Below, piece after piece: positions 14,301 through 28,700 of a stretch of 64,000 bases of DNA. A program made the position numbers and the translations under genes. Origin of the DNA: the human T2T-CHM13v2.0 reference genome, Homo sapiens; the NCBI RefSeq assembly GCF_009914755.1, contig NC_060927.1. One strand, 5' to 3'. The notes below the pieces were generated by a model that ran no database searches, was not told the DNA's origin, and worked only from the letters and a program-made list of their open reading frames with translations. How positions within the stretch are numbered: position 1 is the first letter of the stretch; the number at the start of each line of letters is the position of its first letter.

Positions 14301-17300
14301 TGTTATCTGATATTTTAGGGGCCATTTTGCCCAACTGGGTAGGAGTTGGGGGAGTCACCCACTCTGAGCTCACACACATGCCCTCCCATGTGGACTTGGG
14401 CACACAGATAACAGGCGAGGGGCGGGGCAGGAGGGTCCACGTGACCCTTGTGTTGGTGACATACATTCTCCTTAGCAGGAGCCAAGCCCAAGAGAGGTGT
14501 GAGGAGGGTGGGTCTCAGGGAACAAGCTGAGGAAATGAGCACGGGGTGAGCGGGGGAAGGACAGTTGCCATCCAAGTTCAGTGCTTGGAAGGTGGCTGCC
14601 AAGGCCTGGCCAGACATGACTGCCGCCTGCCCACCAGCTGCCTGTGCAGGCCTAGGCCAGCCACCCGCTGCACCAGTGAGGACGCTTGGCCTTCCTGCCC
14701 TGGCCTAGTGCCAGCTCAGCCTGGCCAAGAGGACTGTTTTCTGAGAGAGCCGTCTGTCGCTGCCTTGGCAGAGGCAGGCAGGGGCCCTATGGCTGGGTCA
14801 GACCCTCAGGTCAGGAAGGCCACCTGTCCTGTCCAGCTGGCTCTTCTAGCCTGGCCCAGCCCCCTCACAGCCCTCCCTCTAGTCCCTAGGCAGAGCTCCA
14901 TCCACTCCCACCATCACATTCCCCAGGGCAGGGCTGTGTCCTTCCCTTACACTTCCCAGGGGAGGGCTGTCTCTTCCATTCCACTCCCAGCTCATGGCTT
15001 TGTTTCCTGTAGGCCCTGGTGTTGGCACTGAGGCCCTGGGGCCAATGGCCACTCCCCCATCCCCTTCCCACGCCCTGGCCCAGCTCCTCCCTGGTGGTGG
15101 TTTTGGTGGCACACAGTGTTGGCATAGTGTGGTGCTGGCACCAAGTGTGGTCCGGCAGGTGGCCCCTCTTCATCTATCCTAAGTGTTATGGGCACCAGGG
15201 CACCTGCTGCCCACCTGTGGGGGCATGGGAGGCACTGCCTGCTAATCAGGGCCATCGTTTCCCTGGTGTCCAAGGGTCTGGGTTGGCCAGGGACGAGGAA
15301 GGGGGATAGGAGCTTTACATCCAGGCATTGCCCTCTTGATCTCTTGTCCCAGCTCTGACCCTGCAGACTCCAGGATCCCCAACCCCCCAGGCTGAGGTCA
15401 GTGGAGTTGTGGGCATGTGGATGTGGGTTATACCATTGATACCATTGTCTGTTCCTCAGAGGTTTGCATCTGGACCTGCTGTGTGCTGTCAATACAGGGA
15501 GGGCCACACCCGGCTGATGGTGCAGTGGATTCCAGTCTGGCCACATGGGCCAAGCATCTCCTCTGTGGCCAGAAGAGCTGGGCGCCATCCTCCCCATCTC
15601 AGAGGTAAGAAGACTGCTGCTGGTCACGCTGTCACTGCTGTGGGCTGTGGGGGCCGATCTTAGGGTTGGGGCTAGAAAAGGGAGTCCTGGGCAGACATCT
15701 GGAGAGAGAGGCTTTGCACTGAAGGAGGGGTGGATAAGGGCATTCCTAGGAAGAGGGCCTGAGTTTGAGGCTAGAATTGTGGCACAGGCCAGGTGCCTCT
15801 CCTGAGTTCTGGGAGGGAACATGGCTCCTTGTCTGTCATCTCCTGAAGGTCATTGGAAGGATGTGGTTTCAGGGGTGGGTGGTGTGCCTGCAAGGGACAA
15901 AACAGCATCCCTTCCCAGCCTCAAGTCCCTGCACCCTCCCCTGGCATGGACAGTCCCTCCTGCAGCCACTGCTGCCAGCAATCCCTGGCAGCCCGAGCAT
16001 AGCTGGCTGGTGTTGGGCTCTTGGATACACCATTAGCATTGATGCCTTTCAGCCTGGCAGCTGTGGTAGCAGCAGTGCTTCCTGGGAAGAACAGTGACCC
16101 AGCAGCTGGGAAGGAGGGAGGTGACTACAGCCCCACCCACCCTACCTGGGACACCAGTGGGACAGGCCAGCAGGCACCCGGTGGGATGTGGCAGGGAGGC
16201 AGATGAACAAGGCCGGGCCCAGGTGGCCCTGTGGTCAGGGCTGCCTGTGGTCACACCCACAGCTGGGGGCACCTCAGGTCAAGCCAGGGGGAGGGGAGCA
16301 GCCAGAGCCCTTTACTGCCTCATCTCAGGACAGAAGTACTCAGGGCCCAAGGGCTGGTGTGGCCAGATATGCACCCATGCCATCAGCGGCTTGGCACCCA
16401 CATAGCCTGATGTGTGCAGTGATTCCTTCACACCCCATAGCTGAGCTCACAGGCAGCACTGGCACCAGTCAGTCCTTTGCCAAATGGGGAAACTGAAGCC
16501 CTTGCCTGGGTCCCACAGGGACTGTGAGCAAGTAGCACTGGAGTAGGAGAGAGGGAGAGAAGGGTCAGTCCTGTCTCCTGGGGAAGGGGGACTGGTTTGG
16601 GGAGTAACTAGCTCATTCATTTGTTCACCTTAGAAAATAATCTTTCATTTCCAATCTCATGTGAACTCCCTGAGGGCAGCACCCAGCACCTGCCAGGGGT
16701 AAAGGAAGAGTGCCATGGTGTGGGCAAGGTGAGGCAGCCTCAGCATGGCCTGGGGGATGGGGACTGGGGAGGAGGAACAGATTTAGGGCTTGGAGCATAG
16801 GCATGAGCCCCTGACACCCGACAGCCAGCTGTGAATCTCTGCCACCAACAGGTAACCTCGGGTAGGTCTATCCACTCTGTGCTTCTGTTTTCTTGTCAAA
16901 TAGGGACAATAACCCCACTGCTTCCTAGAGCAGATGTGCCTGGCCCAGAGCTGGAGTGAGTCAGGTCTGCCACCCCCACCCTGCTCCTCCCTGTGTTTAG
17001 CACAAGAGTACTAGGAGGCATGGCCCAGACACCCCAGCAGCTGTGGAGGACACAGGAGCCCTGCCAACTAGTCTGGTTCTCAAGGGTTCCATCATCCTTG
17101 GCACTGGGGCTTCCTTGAATCCAGGAGGAGCCCTGCCTCCGTCTGATGCTGGCCCGAGGGCCGGTATCCAGCCCCAGGCAAAATCAAACACAGCAAGGAA
17201 TTGGTGAGGGCAACTCAGGCCTAGGCTGGGATGGGTGAGGCTCCCCTTCCCTCCCTCACACACTAGATCCTCTGCGCTCAGCTTCTTGCACCTCTGCTCC

Positions 17301-17832
17301 AAGGAGCGAGCCTGAGCTCCTTCTGAGGTGGAAGGAGAGGCTTCTGTGACCATGGCAGCCCAGTCCCCTGAGCCCAGCCTGAGGGCCTCCAGGGTGGACA
17401 GGTTGCTGTTCAGGGAAGTCAGGGAAGGGAAGTCGGGGAAGGGCATTTGGTCCCCATTTCCCAGCATCTCTTGCAGGTCACTGTATCAAAGCCTCTGACA
17501 AGTCCTGAAGTCCAAAGGCCTCTGACCCGGGGGCTCTCCAAGAATCTGAACACCTTATCTGGGGAACACAGGGAACACTACTTTCAAGCAGCCTTCCCAC
17601 TCACGGGTGACTCCACAGCTCCTCTGGAGTGAATGTGGGCTCATATCTCACTGTGTGCCCAGCAGTGAGAGGCGCCTGGAGTAATTGCTGAATGTTGGAC
17701 ACGGGCTTCTGGCTCTACTCCACAGACCCCTCTGTGTCCCTCATGTGTCTGGGCAGCTCCCACCCCCCAGCATTCAAATCCACGCATGGATGGGCATGCC
17801 CTAAGTGCTGGGCAGGGTGCTGGGGTTCCTAC

Positions 17833-17892
17833 CTTGATGTTGTCCTGCCAGCGGTGTGCTTTCTGGAAGTTCTCTGCAGCATCAGCCAGTCT
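17833..17892 (-). CDS. CACNA2D2: CACNA2D2 exon 4 (60 nt, phase 0-0): [20 protein letters not shown]
   Basis: cctcag|AGACTG...ATCAAG|gtagga; continues the frame from exon 3. Confidence 0.97.
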
Positions 17893-18879
17893 CTGAGGGA
17901 CAGAGCACAGGGAGGTCAGAAGCGGAGGAAGGCAGCCTGCCCTATGCCCACCCCAAAGCCTCTCCATCCCCAGCACTCCCTGGGGCCAGGCTGGACTGGT
18001 GACTCCCTTCCCCTCATCCTACGAGACCCTCAGAGATTCTCTGCCCCAGACACTCCCCAGCTTGCTGTGTGGGCACCTCCTTGACCACAGCTGGGTCCAT
18101 GCAGGAAAGGTGAAGCCTGTGCAGTGACCCCAGGGGCATCTCCATGGGACTCCCTGTACTAGGCCAAGCCCTAGTGTCACTCTCTACCCCCGACACACTT
18201 GTGTCACCCCAGTGCCAAGAGGAAGCTCCTCTGGAGCTAAGGCTGAGCTGCAAGTTACAAAGTGCTTCACCTTGCCCTGCCCTTCTGCCAGCTATCCAGA
18301 GCTCCACAGGAGGGGCCCACAGCCCACCCTGTCCATCCAGGCCCATGGGCCCTCTCCCAGACTTCCTGAGCCCCTTCCCACAGGGCTCCCAAGCCCTCTG
18401 TCCACAAGAGCCTGTCCTGTTCTTTGGGGCTGGTTCCAGTGGCCTCTTCCAACAAAGCCCCTGTGCCTGAGAGCAGAATGTCCCTCAGGGCATAGCTGTG
18501 TGTCTGTCCATCCCACATCTGCCACTGGGCACGCTGGGTGCCAGACTGTGCTGACTGGTGGAGGTGTGGCAGGCCTGGTCCTGCCTCTTGCAGCTCACAG
18601 GCACAACCTCGCAGAACCACCATGGCAGGAGAGGTTGAGGGACAGGAAGCGCAGTGCTGTGGGGGCTCGGGACCTCAGGGAAGGCTTGCTGGAGAAGACG
18701 CTGGGGCCCGGCCACCCTCTGGGCCTAAGTCCGGGTCACCCAGATGTTCTTATTTGGTACTTTCTAAGGATCCCTTCTCTACAGGAAACCTTGGGGCTCC
18801 CAAGGATGGAACTGAGTCTGGCCTCGGGGGCCTTCTGCAGAGCTGAGAGCAGTGATGTCCTGTCAATCATAATGACAAC

Positions 18880-19085
18880 CATCACTATCAACTGGCCACC
18901 TACTGCACACTGAACCCTCCCCTGGCCAGTGACTCATGTGCTGTGCACCTTGTACCATTCACAGTGTGCCTGGCATGGAGCCATTGTGGCCCTCCTCAGA
19001 TGAGGACGGCCAGGCACAGAGACGGCCAGCAGCCTGCCCAAGGTCACATGGTGAGTCCGGCTCAGGCTGGGCCCCGGAGCCCAGC
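18880..19085 (-). mobile_element. MIR fragment
   Basis: cagatgagga...ggcacagaga......cctgcccaaggtcacatgg.gag core. Confidence 0.6.
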
Positions 19086-22000
19086 CCTCACCAATGCATT
19101 TGTCTTGCTCAGCCCATGACCAAGATCCAAGGACCAGCCTCTGTTGGGCCCACCATGCTCAGTGAGGTGGGTGGCTCTGGTCTCTCACCCCCACCCCACC
19201 CTGTCCCACAGTGGGGCAGGCACGTCCCACCTCCGGGCTTACAGCCCTACTCAGAAGGTCCCGCCTCTTGGTATTCAGGACACCTCACCCCCATCCTTGA
19301 GTCCAGGCCTGATATGGCATGTGGGCCCCAGAGGGGACGTCCTACTAAAGCCTGTCAGCTGCCCATTAGGGGAAGTGGAAGTCAGGTCATGGAGGCCGGC
19401 ATTTCCTCCTCTGAAGCATGGACTAGCAGGGCAGGGAGGAAGGTGGGGCCTCCTATGGAGCTGTGGCCTCTGCTCTCCTGGGGCAGAGTGTCACAACCCC
19501 ATAGTTAGAGGGGCTGTCCAGGGCCATCTCCAGCCCCATTGGGCTGGCTACCCCTCCTCAGGCCAAGAACACTGAGTGGTGGGGGAGGCTATGAGGCTGG
19601 GGTCCCGGGAGCAGGGGGAGAAAGTGTCTCTTGGGGTCAAACCCTCTCACCCCACAGAGCTGGGCCCTCCTGGCCTCTGCTTCCCTCTCCTTTGTAGGCT
19701 CAGTCCTCTGTCCCCTGCCACCCTTAACTGCAAGGCCTGCTTGGCTGGGACCCACACCCTCCTCTCTCCCCAGCCCAGCCTCACACTCCTAGGGTTTTGG
19801 GGGCCCCAGGCCTCTCTACTCCGTGATGCCTCCCATGTCTTGCCTCCAATCCTGGCCCTCCTGAGCTCCTGGACACTTCCCTGGAGTGACCCTCAGACCC
19901 ACCTGAGCTCAGAGTGCCCCTCTGAGGCAGGCCACCCACCCTGGCCCCTCTGCCTCCTCCATTCCACCCCAGCATCCCTCACACCACCTCCTGTGCACCC
20001 CCAGCTCAGGCTCTGTCCTGCCCGGAACCTGCATCCTCTCATCCTCATCACCTATTCTCCACACAACACCTGGAGCCTTTTCTCCAAATGTAGATCTGGT
20101 CATGACACCGTCCCCTGTCCCAAAACCCTTCAGTGGTTACCACTTCTCTGCATGTAAAAGGCACAACCTTCTCCAGGTCCTGTAGGGCCCACCTGACTCC
20201 TCTTCTTCCTTTTCCATCCTGGAGCCTCCTCTTGACCTAAACCACAAATGCCTGCCCACCCCGACCCCAAACCCAGGGATGGATGAGGCCCCCAATTCAT
20301 AAGCCTGCAGTGACCTTGTGTAGAGGGCATTACTGTGTGACTTGTACGGTTCGCAATGCTTGTCACCAGTGTTAGGCGAGCACCTGCAGTACAGCAGGTG
20401 CCGAGCTCAGTAACTTGGCCCGGAGGCTGTGTAAAGCCTGACGAGGCAGTGTGTGAGTCAAGCCTTTGTCATCACTGTGCCCCTCCTTCCTTACCTGGTG
20501 ACCTACTACCTTCCCAGGGATGCCAAATCTTCCTCAGAGTGGGGCTCTGTTGAGGCCCCTGTCCTTCCCCAGGGTTGAGACTGGGGCAGAGTGGAGGAAG
20601 CAGAGGCGGTCTCTTGCCGCAGAAAAGCCACAGGGTCGATGGGGCTGCAGACGCCACACTGACACTAGTGGGAGTCTCCAGGCTGGGCCATGACCCTGAG
20701 GAACTCCTGCCCCTGCCTCTACTCCTGGCTGGGGGGTTCCAGCTCCTTCACCCTCTTAGGGCTCAGCTCTGACCCTGAAACCTTCAGGCCCCAAAACATG
20801 GGGGCTACAGGCCCCTCTGGCTCCAGAGCCTAGCAGACAGGGCAAGGGAGACCCAGGGAGGGAGGCCCCAGCTCCTAGCCACCTTGAGCTCATGGAATCC
20901 CATGGGCTCAAAGGCTGGGTCAGCCCACTGACTCGTGAATAACGGAGTCGTAATAGCCACAGCAAAAGGATTACTTTTAATCCTCAGTAACGATCAAGCC
21001 ATTATTATTTTTTCAGTGTTACAGATCAATCAGTCCATCCCTGGGCACTGGACGTGTGGAAACTGTTAAACAGGCAGGCCCGGTGGTGGGGGAGGAAGGG
21101 CTAAGGCAGCTGGTGGGGTGCAGTGGAGTGGGCAGGCTTCGGCCACAAGGTCCCATCAGGCCTGAGGATGAGAGGACTGGGACCACCACTGGTGTGCATG
21201 AGGGGCCCTGAGCAGAGATCAGAGCCTGGACCTTGAAGCCCCCGAGTCCTGGCCTGGGTTCAAAGCTTGACTTTCTCGGAGCAGGGTCTTCACCACTCTG
21301 GTCCTCAACATCCTGCCTATAAACTGGACATAGTAACTGCACCCACTCAGGGTGGCTAGGCTCTTGGCAGCCCCCTTCCTCCAACCCTCAGCAGCTGCAC
21401 ATAGGCAGCCAGTCCCGTGAGGTTTCTCTCACTGGCTCTTGCCCAGCTCTGGGCCCTGCTGCTATCTGCTCTTTCTGCCTGGTTAGCCCTATCAGACTGT
21501 GTTACCTCCCCTGGAAACTTCCTTTTGCCTTTAACCAGCCCTCTGGACAAGGTGGGCTTTACTCCCCTCCGCCAAGGAGGACATGTCCTGAGGCAGGGAT
21601 CTCCAAGCTTAGCCCCACCTACCTGGCCCAGGCTGAGCACCCAGACCTTGGGCTCCTGTCCCCATAGAGCTGACAATAGTCAGGCCTGCTGAGGGCTGGC
21701 AGGGAGACCGTGCCCACCCTGCCCCACCCCTGGAGGTTCATCCCTCCTAGCACTTCCCTTCTACCTCTCCCTGGTCCTCTTGATGGTTTGGGGACAGGCT
21801 GGAAGGGGCAAGAAACTGAGGCCCAGAGGCGAGGGAAGAACCTATTGGGATACCACGCAGGGCAGGGACAGGGTGCCTGTCTCTGGAGTGCCTGCCTGTC
21901 TTGGGGAGATGCACTCCATTCCTAGCCCTGACCCCAAGTGCCTGTCCCCCTGGGAGTGGTTCCTTGCTTGGGCTCTGGGCTCTGCTCCTGGAGGTGCCTG

Positions 22001-22264
22001 CAGTCTCTGGTCGCCCTGCTACCAGGCCCTGCACATGCTGCTCCCTCCCAGGCCACTCCTGCCCAGACTCCTCTAGCCACATCCACTTCCTGACCCTGAC
22101 ACTCAGCGAACCCTCTTCCATGTCTGCTTTCCCCTTGAGCACTGGGTTTGGTGGGTAAGTGTCTTGTGGCTGTCAAGTTTATGGTAACCTGGCCCTGGGC
22201 ATACAGTAGATGCACAGTGAATGTCTGCTAAATGAAAACTGGGTGTCTCTGGACCTGTGTAGAG

Positions 22265-22430
22265 GCCTGGGCTTGAGTCTGGCCTGGCTCTGCCCAGCCA
22301 GTTGTGTGATCCTGGGTGTGTGGTTTAACCTCTCAGAGTCTATTTTCTTCAGCACATCCTGGGGGGTAAGGGCTGCCCATGGCGATGCGGCTATGAAGTC
22401 ACTGATGGTGCCTTGCCTGGCCCGTGACGT
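22265..22430 (+). mobile_element. MIR fragment
   Basis: cctggctctgcc...agttgtgtgatcctggg...tttaacctctc.gag.ct..ttt.ctt core. Confidence 0.6.
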
Positions 22431-24561
22431 CCCCATCATGGCCAGGGTATTGGAGGGAACCTCAGTGGGACTGCTGAGTGGGGATGCTCACACCCAAGTC
22501 CATCATGATAACAGCAGGCATTTCAGAGGCAATTATCAGAGAGTTTCACTTAACAATCAATTTCCCTCAGCTCTGGGAACCATTCTTACAGGAAAATGCA
22601 AGAAAGAGGAGGACTCGTCGTGCACTGGGCTGGGGACAATACTCCCCTGGGAGCAGCCCTGCACAGATACCTGCAAATCTCACTATGTTAAACAGCTTTC
22701 AATTGCAGTGGGAGCTGAGGCAGGCAAGAACCTGAGATCAGGGACCTGGGGCCAGGATGGGCACCCCTCAGAGGCCAACACCTGGGATAGGAAGGCCCCC
22801 TGCATGCCAGGAGGGGAGGGCCTTGGGTGATGGGGGGCTGGGGCTCTTGGGTGCCCCCACCTTCTTAGATGGCCTGCTCCTCCCCACCCCCAGGCTAGGT
22901 GCTCCACACTTCTCCTTGGCCTCCTCTCCTCACCAGCCCTCACCTGGGAGTCCCTCCCTGCCCAGTGCTGGTGGCCCAGAAGGGTCTGAGGAGCAACTGC
23001 CCATCAAATAGGACTTTTTCTGCACAGCCCAGAGGGAAAGGCTGGAAGAGTTCTTTGGTCTTAATTAGTTATGTTTACTCCCACTTCCCAGAGGACATGA
23101 GAGGCTTAGAAGAAAAGGCCCTGAACCCATGGGGTGCAGGATGTTGAGATCTAGGGCACTGAGGGCTGAGCCAGGCAGAAGCTGTGATGGAGCGTGGGCT
23201 CTGGGGTGGAGGCTGGGGGTAGTATGCCCTGAGAATGTTGCCGAGGGCTGCAAGGAAGGTAGCAATGACAGGATATCACCAGGTGTGGTCCAGTGCCTAC
23301 CCTGGGTGAGGGCTTCACTGCTGCCTCCCCAGCAAGACTCACGAGAAGTAGATTCTCCTGCTCCCCTCCTTTCACAGCCGAGGGGATTGAGGCTCAAAGC
23401 ATTAGTGTAGCTGCCCCAGACCCCTAGGTAGGAAGAGGGGGCATCAAACCCAGGTTCGCCTGGTGGTAAAGCCCAGCAGTATTGGACAGTGACTGTTCCA
23501 GGAAAGGACCATCCCTGGCCAGGTGGGGCCTGGCTGGTTGGACTCAGGTCCCTCCTGCCACCCCTTAGAGTGGTCCCTTTGCCCTTCTCCTAGGAGAGAG
23601 GATCAGTAACTGGCCTCCCAGCTGTCCCTCCGAGTTGCCCCCACAAGCCTTGGTATCACTGGATCCAGGCCACGGGAGGGGACAAGTACCAGGATGCCCA
23701 GCAGCCCCTGCCTAGCCCAGCACTGGCCCCATTGCCACCCGTCTTCCCTCCCAACTTGTGGGTCCTGCATTAGCTGTGTATTGTGCACAGATAGATACTA
23801 AATACAGATTTCCAATTTCCAGAGCTGTTATGGTCTAATGAGTAAATAATATACATATTTAAAACTGTCTAAAAACATATCTGCATAATTAAAATATCTG
23901 CATAATAATGAAGCAAGATGCAGCTCTGCCAGGGGGGAGCTGGAGCCCCAGGGCTGACAGTAGGGGCAGAAGTGCAGGTGGGGTTAGGGGGCCCTGGCCC
24001 TGTGGGCCTCTGCTGCTGCTGCTTCGGCCTTGAGCAGACATTTGTCTGTCCATCCACCTCCTGCTCCAAGCAGGTGCGTCCACAGTCAGGGACCAAAAGA
24101 ATCCCCTCAGCCCTGTCCTGGCACCACTCGTGGTCTGAGGGAGGCTTTGTGTGGACAGACAGTGCCTGCTACATGCATGACGGCCACCTCAGCGACTTTG
24201 TGGCCCTCACATGATGTGCTCAGAGCTTTATGGACACAGTCTCACTCACTACAACCTTCTGAGGGCATGTCTTGCCCCGACCCCACATTTTGCTGGGTTC
24301 TGAGGGATGAAGAGAAATGCAGCAGGATGGGCAGTGAGGGCCGAGCAGGGTCCGTGACTTACGTGCTGAGGGTGATGGAGACACGCCAGTGGCTGTGCTT
24401 TCCTGTCGGGTGCACTGTTGACATGCATGCCTCCTGGGACAGGACGGGCACCCAGCCTTACCCGTCCCTCAAGGCCCCTTCCTTCGCCCCTTGGCGCATC
24501 TACGCTGGACACACTTGGCTCCTGTCTCATCTTTATTTTTTCCTTAACAAATTTGTTATAG

Positions 24562-24765
<204 letters not shown>

Positions 24766-25423
24766 TGACCACCAGAGTAACAAAAAACACTGAAACCCCA
24801 GACCACAATTCCAGCAAACAGAAGCCTGCAAGGAAAATAAACATTTCTGGCACAGAGGGTGCCTCAGGGGAAGGCTGGCATGGGAGGCCATCACCGCTGT
24901 TGGCAGCAACAGGCTCCCTGACCTTTTCCCTCACAGGACTCATGCGTCTTCTGCAAATTGATAAAAAAATTAGTAAAATGGATTTTTTTTTTAATTTAAA
25001 AAAGGTCAGAATCCATGTAACAGGGAAAAACTCATTCGAGTTGTGGTCTCCCTCTGCAGCAGGGCAGCCGCCACTCCACCCAAGCCCAGGCTTGACACCT
25101 CCCTGTGGGTGTCACAGGCTTGGTAATCAGTGCCTGCACCCCCTCAGTCCAGCCTGGAAGGGGCAGGCTGTGCTTCAATTTCCTAGGAAAAATATGAAGA
25201 AATGAGGGGTGGCCTGTGATGGAGAAGCAGAGGGAATGACTGTGACCAGCCAGGGTGGGGAGCCTGGTATCCCAGATGCTGGAATTTCAGGTCAGACAGA
25301 ATTTCCCAGAACATCCTGGGCTCCCAAGGATCCTTGCTATGTTGTATTTTGCCAAGAGAGGACACTTAAAAAAACTCCCACTCTCTCTTATTACTGTTAT
25401 GTTACCAAAAAGTGAACGTTTTA

Positions 25424-25748
<325 letters not shown>

Positions 25749-28700
25749 TAACATCAAGAGGAGGAAGGCCATGAGCTCTGGGATCCCTTCCCAAGGAAGT
25801 AAAGGAAGTGGCACTCACAGGTGGTAACAAGTATTCCACTGGCTTTCATTGCTTTTTTGCTTTAAACTGGAACCACAATCAATACAGAAAGAGGTCGGGT
25901 GTGTCCTGGGACAGGAGCCAAATGTGTCCAGTGTGAACAGGGAGAGGGTGAGGCAAGGGGCCTCTGTGGCTGGGCTGAGCATTTGCAGAAACCAGCTTGA
26001 ATTTACAGACCAGTTTTCTGGAAATGGGAGTGAAACCCACCCTCTAGAGATTTTTACTCTGCAGCAGCAGGCTGACTCAGGAGGACGTGTGGGTGGACCT
26101 GGACAACCACGTGCTGCAGGAAAGGTCTGGTCTCAGGGCTGCAGGTCTCTGCCTTACCCAGTCCCCTGCTGAGCTCCCAGGTCTCCTGTTGAGCACTTGC
26201 AAGAGATGCCCCAATGAGAAATAAACCAATACATGCAACAAACTGCTTCAGGTCCACATTTGAACTGTGGCTTCAGAGCCCAGCCATATGAAGGCACCTC
26301 ACCCTCAAGGAACCCAGAGCTGAAGGCTACTCCAGGCTGCTGGGGCTCTTTCCAAGATATTGCCCTGCTCAGCCCCATCCCACAGGGGCTCAAACGGGTG
26401 GGAATCCACCAACCTAGCTGGCACCCCAGCATGAAACTTACCCATTTCTGCAGGTCAGTCAGTCCCTGGCAACCCAGGTGGAATTTATCAGAATTCTGCC
26501 AGTTTTGTGTCAGTTTCCCTCCCCCTAAATTATGATCCATAATTCATCAACATTTCTCTCATCCTTAGAAAAAACCATGCAGATAGCATTGGGTGAGGGT
26601 ACCCATCCAGGGGCCGTCGGCCACTCTGGCTAGGGGAGCAGGGACACATCCTTATCTGAGTGCTCTGTGGGGCATGGTGCTCCCTCCTGTCCCCTCATCA
26701 GTCCCCATTCTAGAGATGTGTGTGGGCACGGGGGTGGTCGTTGAGTGTGACAGTGCCCTCCTCCCTTGTCCAGCCACAGAGGCCAAGGTACCCAAGTTCC
26801 TAGGGCTTGGCAATTGACCCAGCACATAATTTGGGGAGCACTGCCCTCACCTCTCTGTACCTTGATCTCTCATCTATAACAGGGAGGGACCAAAACACTG
26901 CCAGGGCCCCTCCCAGGGCTGTGAGGATGTGGATGGAGAGCAGGGCATAGACAGCGAACGGGATGGGGACTCACTTTGGAAACTGGAGACACAACTCCAG
27001 GTTCTGGGTTGCTCCTTCCCTTACCTCACTCCAGGGGCCTCCTGACTGGTTCCCCCTCCCCCAAACTCAGCTTCTCTCTAGGGCCTTCTAAACTTGGCCT
27101 GACCTGTTTTCTTCTTCAGTTTATGCCAACGGGCTGCCCTTCTCCTCAGCACCAACTTCGCTGGAGATCTTGTTCATTACCCCCCTGCAGCCCTGCTTGG
27201 CTTCCAGCCCTACTCCCATGACCCCTTCCTTGCCTTCCTGACCAGACCTCTCCCAAGCCCTGCAACCCACCTTCAGACTCCCAACCAAAGCTGGTTATCA
27301 TGAACTCATCTGCCCCAGCCCCCACACCTTCAGGTTTCCCCATCAAGTTCTGTGACCTGTCTGTGTTTCCCGGATGCCTGGACCACTCCTCCCTTCCTAA
27401 CATTATCCTTTACCAGGCTCTGCCAACCTCATCTCTCTTCTACCACACTGACATTGAAGTTTGCCTTCCTGCCATGCTGCGGTTCCAAAGCCTTGTTTGT
27501 GCTGTATCCCAAGCCTGGAGTGTCCTTTCTCATCCCCTCCCCTGGCTAGCTCCTCCTCATCCTGTAGGAGCCACTGCTCTTCTGCCTCCTCCAGGAATCC
27601 TGGTGCCCTGTAGGGCTGGGTTCCCACAATTGCCCTGGGGTTTCCATCACTGCATGTGCCTGATTCCCTCCCAGATGTGGTCCCTTGAAGGCAGGGACTT
27701 GATTCATGGATCTGTGTGGCCCCAGTGCTGGGCAAGCCAGCTCAGTGAGGAAATGCTAAGTGACCTCAGGCTCCCATCACAGTCAAGGGGTCAGGGGGTG
27801 GATCAGGAGTTGCCCTTGGGGATCTGCTGGTTTGGAGGCCCTGGGTTTCATTGGGATAGAGATGGCAGAAACCCGGTCAGAAATGGTACTGATGACAGAG
27901 AATACGGATCCAAGATGGCGTGGGGGGTGAAGGTGTGAGTGGGGTGAGGCTGAATCTAAGTACAGGCCTCACTGTGTTCTCCACGAAGAGGCATGCGAGG
28001 GGCAGCCTCTGGGGTCTGAACTGCTGAAGTCTGCTCTCCAGGACCACAACTCCACTCTGGACCTTGTGAAAATGTTACCCATTAGCCCCACCCAGCTGCT
28101 GCCAGGTCAGTAATAACATGGTTATTAGCAGAAGTCCCCGGGGCTCTGCTGGAATGAGAGGCAGAGGGTGGTGGACAGGAGTGCCTCATCTGGCCAGGTC
28201 AGCCAGGAGCTGAGTCCCCAGGGAGCTCAGCACCCCTGCCCTGGTGCCAGATCAGTGCATTCTCCTGACATGCCCCAACATCCTCCTCCAAGAAGCCTTC
28301 TCAGATGCCTCTATGCCCACCATGGCTCAGGGGCAGGACATGGGAGGGTGACAGTTCCCATGGGAAGAGGTTGATATGACTCTCCTTCCTTCCTGTCAAC
28401 ACATGTTTACTGAGCACCTACTGTGTGCAGTAAACTGGCCTGAGGAGGTCAGTGAGCATTACAGACATAGCCCTGCTCTTACGTGGGGTGCCAGCAGTAA
28501 GTTCTTCTTTATAGTCCACCTAACTTCTTCCCACTGCAATTCAGTCCCACTGCCCTGAGCAGAGAACTTGCTAGAGGCCTCTACAGGAAGAGCTGCCTGG
28601 AATGGCACCGTCACTGGAAGAATTTAGGGTGCTAGGAAGCTCCCCTGCATGGGAATGTATTCCCACCTGAAAGCTGAGAGTGAGACCCCACCCCAGCTAG

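Noticed and set aside
14992-15822. 276-aa minus-strand ORF and similar 200-280 aa ORFs (4102-4950, 18212-18913, 40205-40942, 48646-49362, 56030-56767, 60495-61217)
   Set aside because: Expected by chance at this GC content; no homology recognised; 4102-4950 overlaps real exons in the wrong frame
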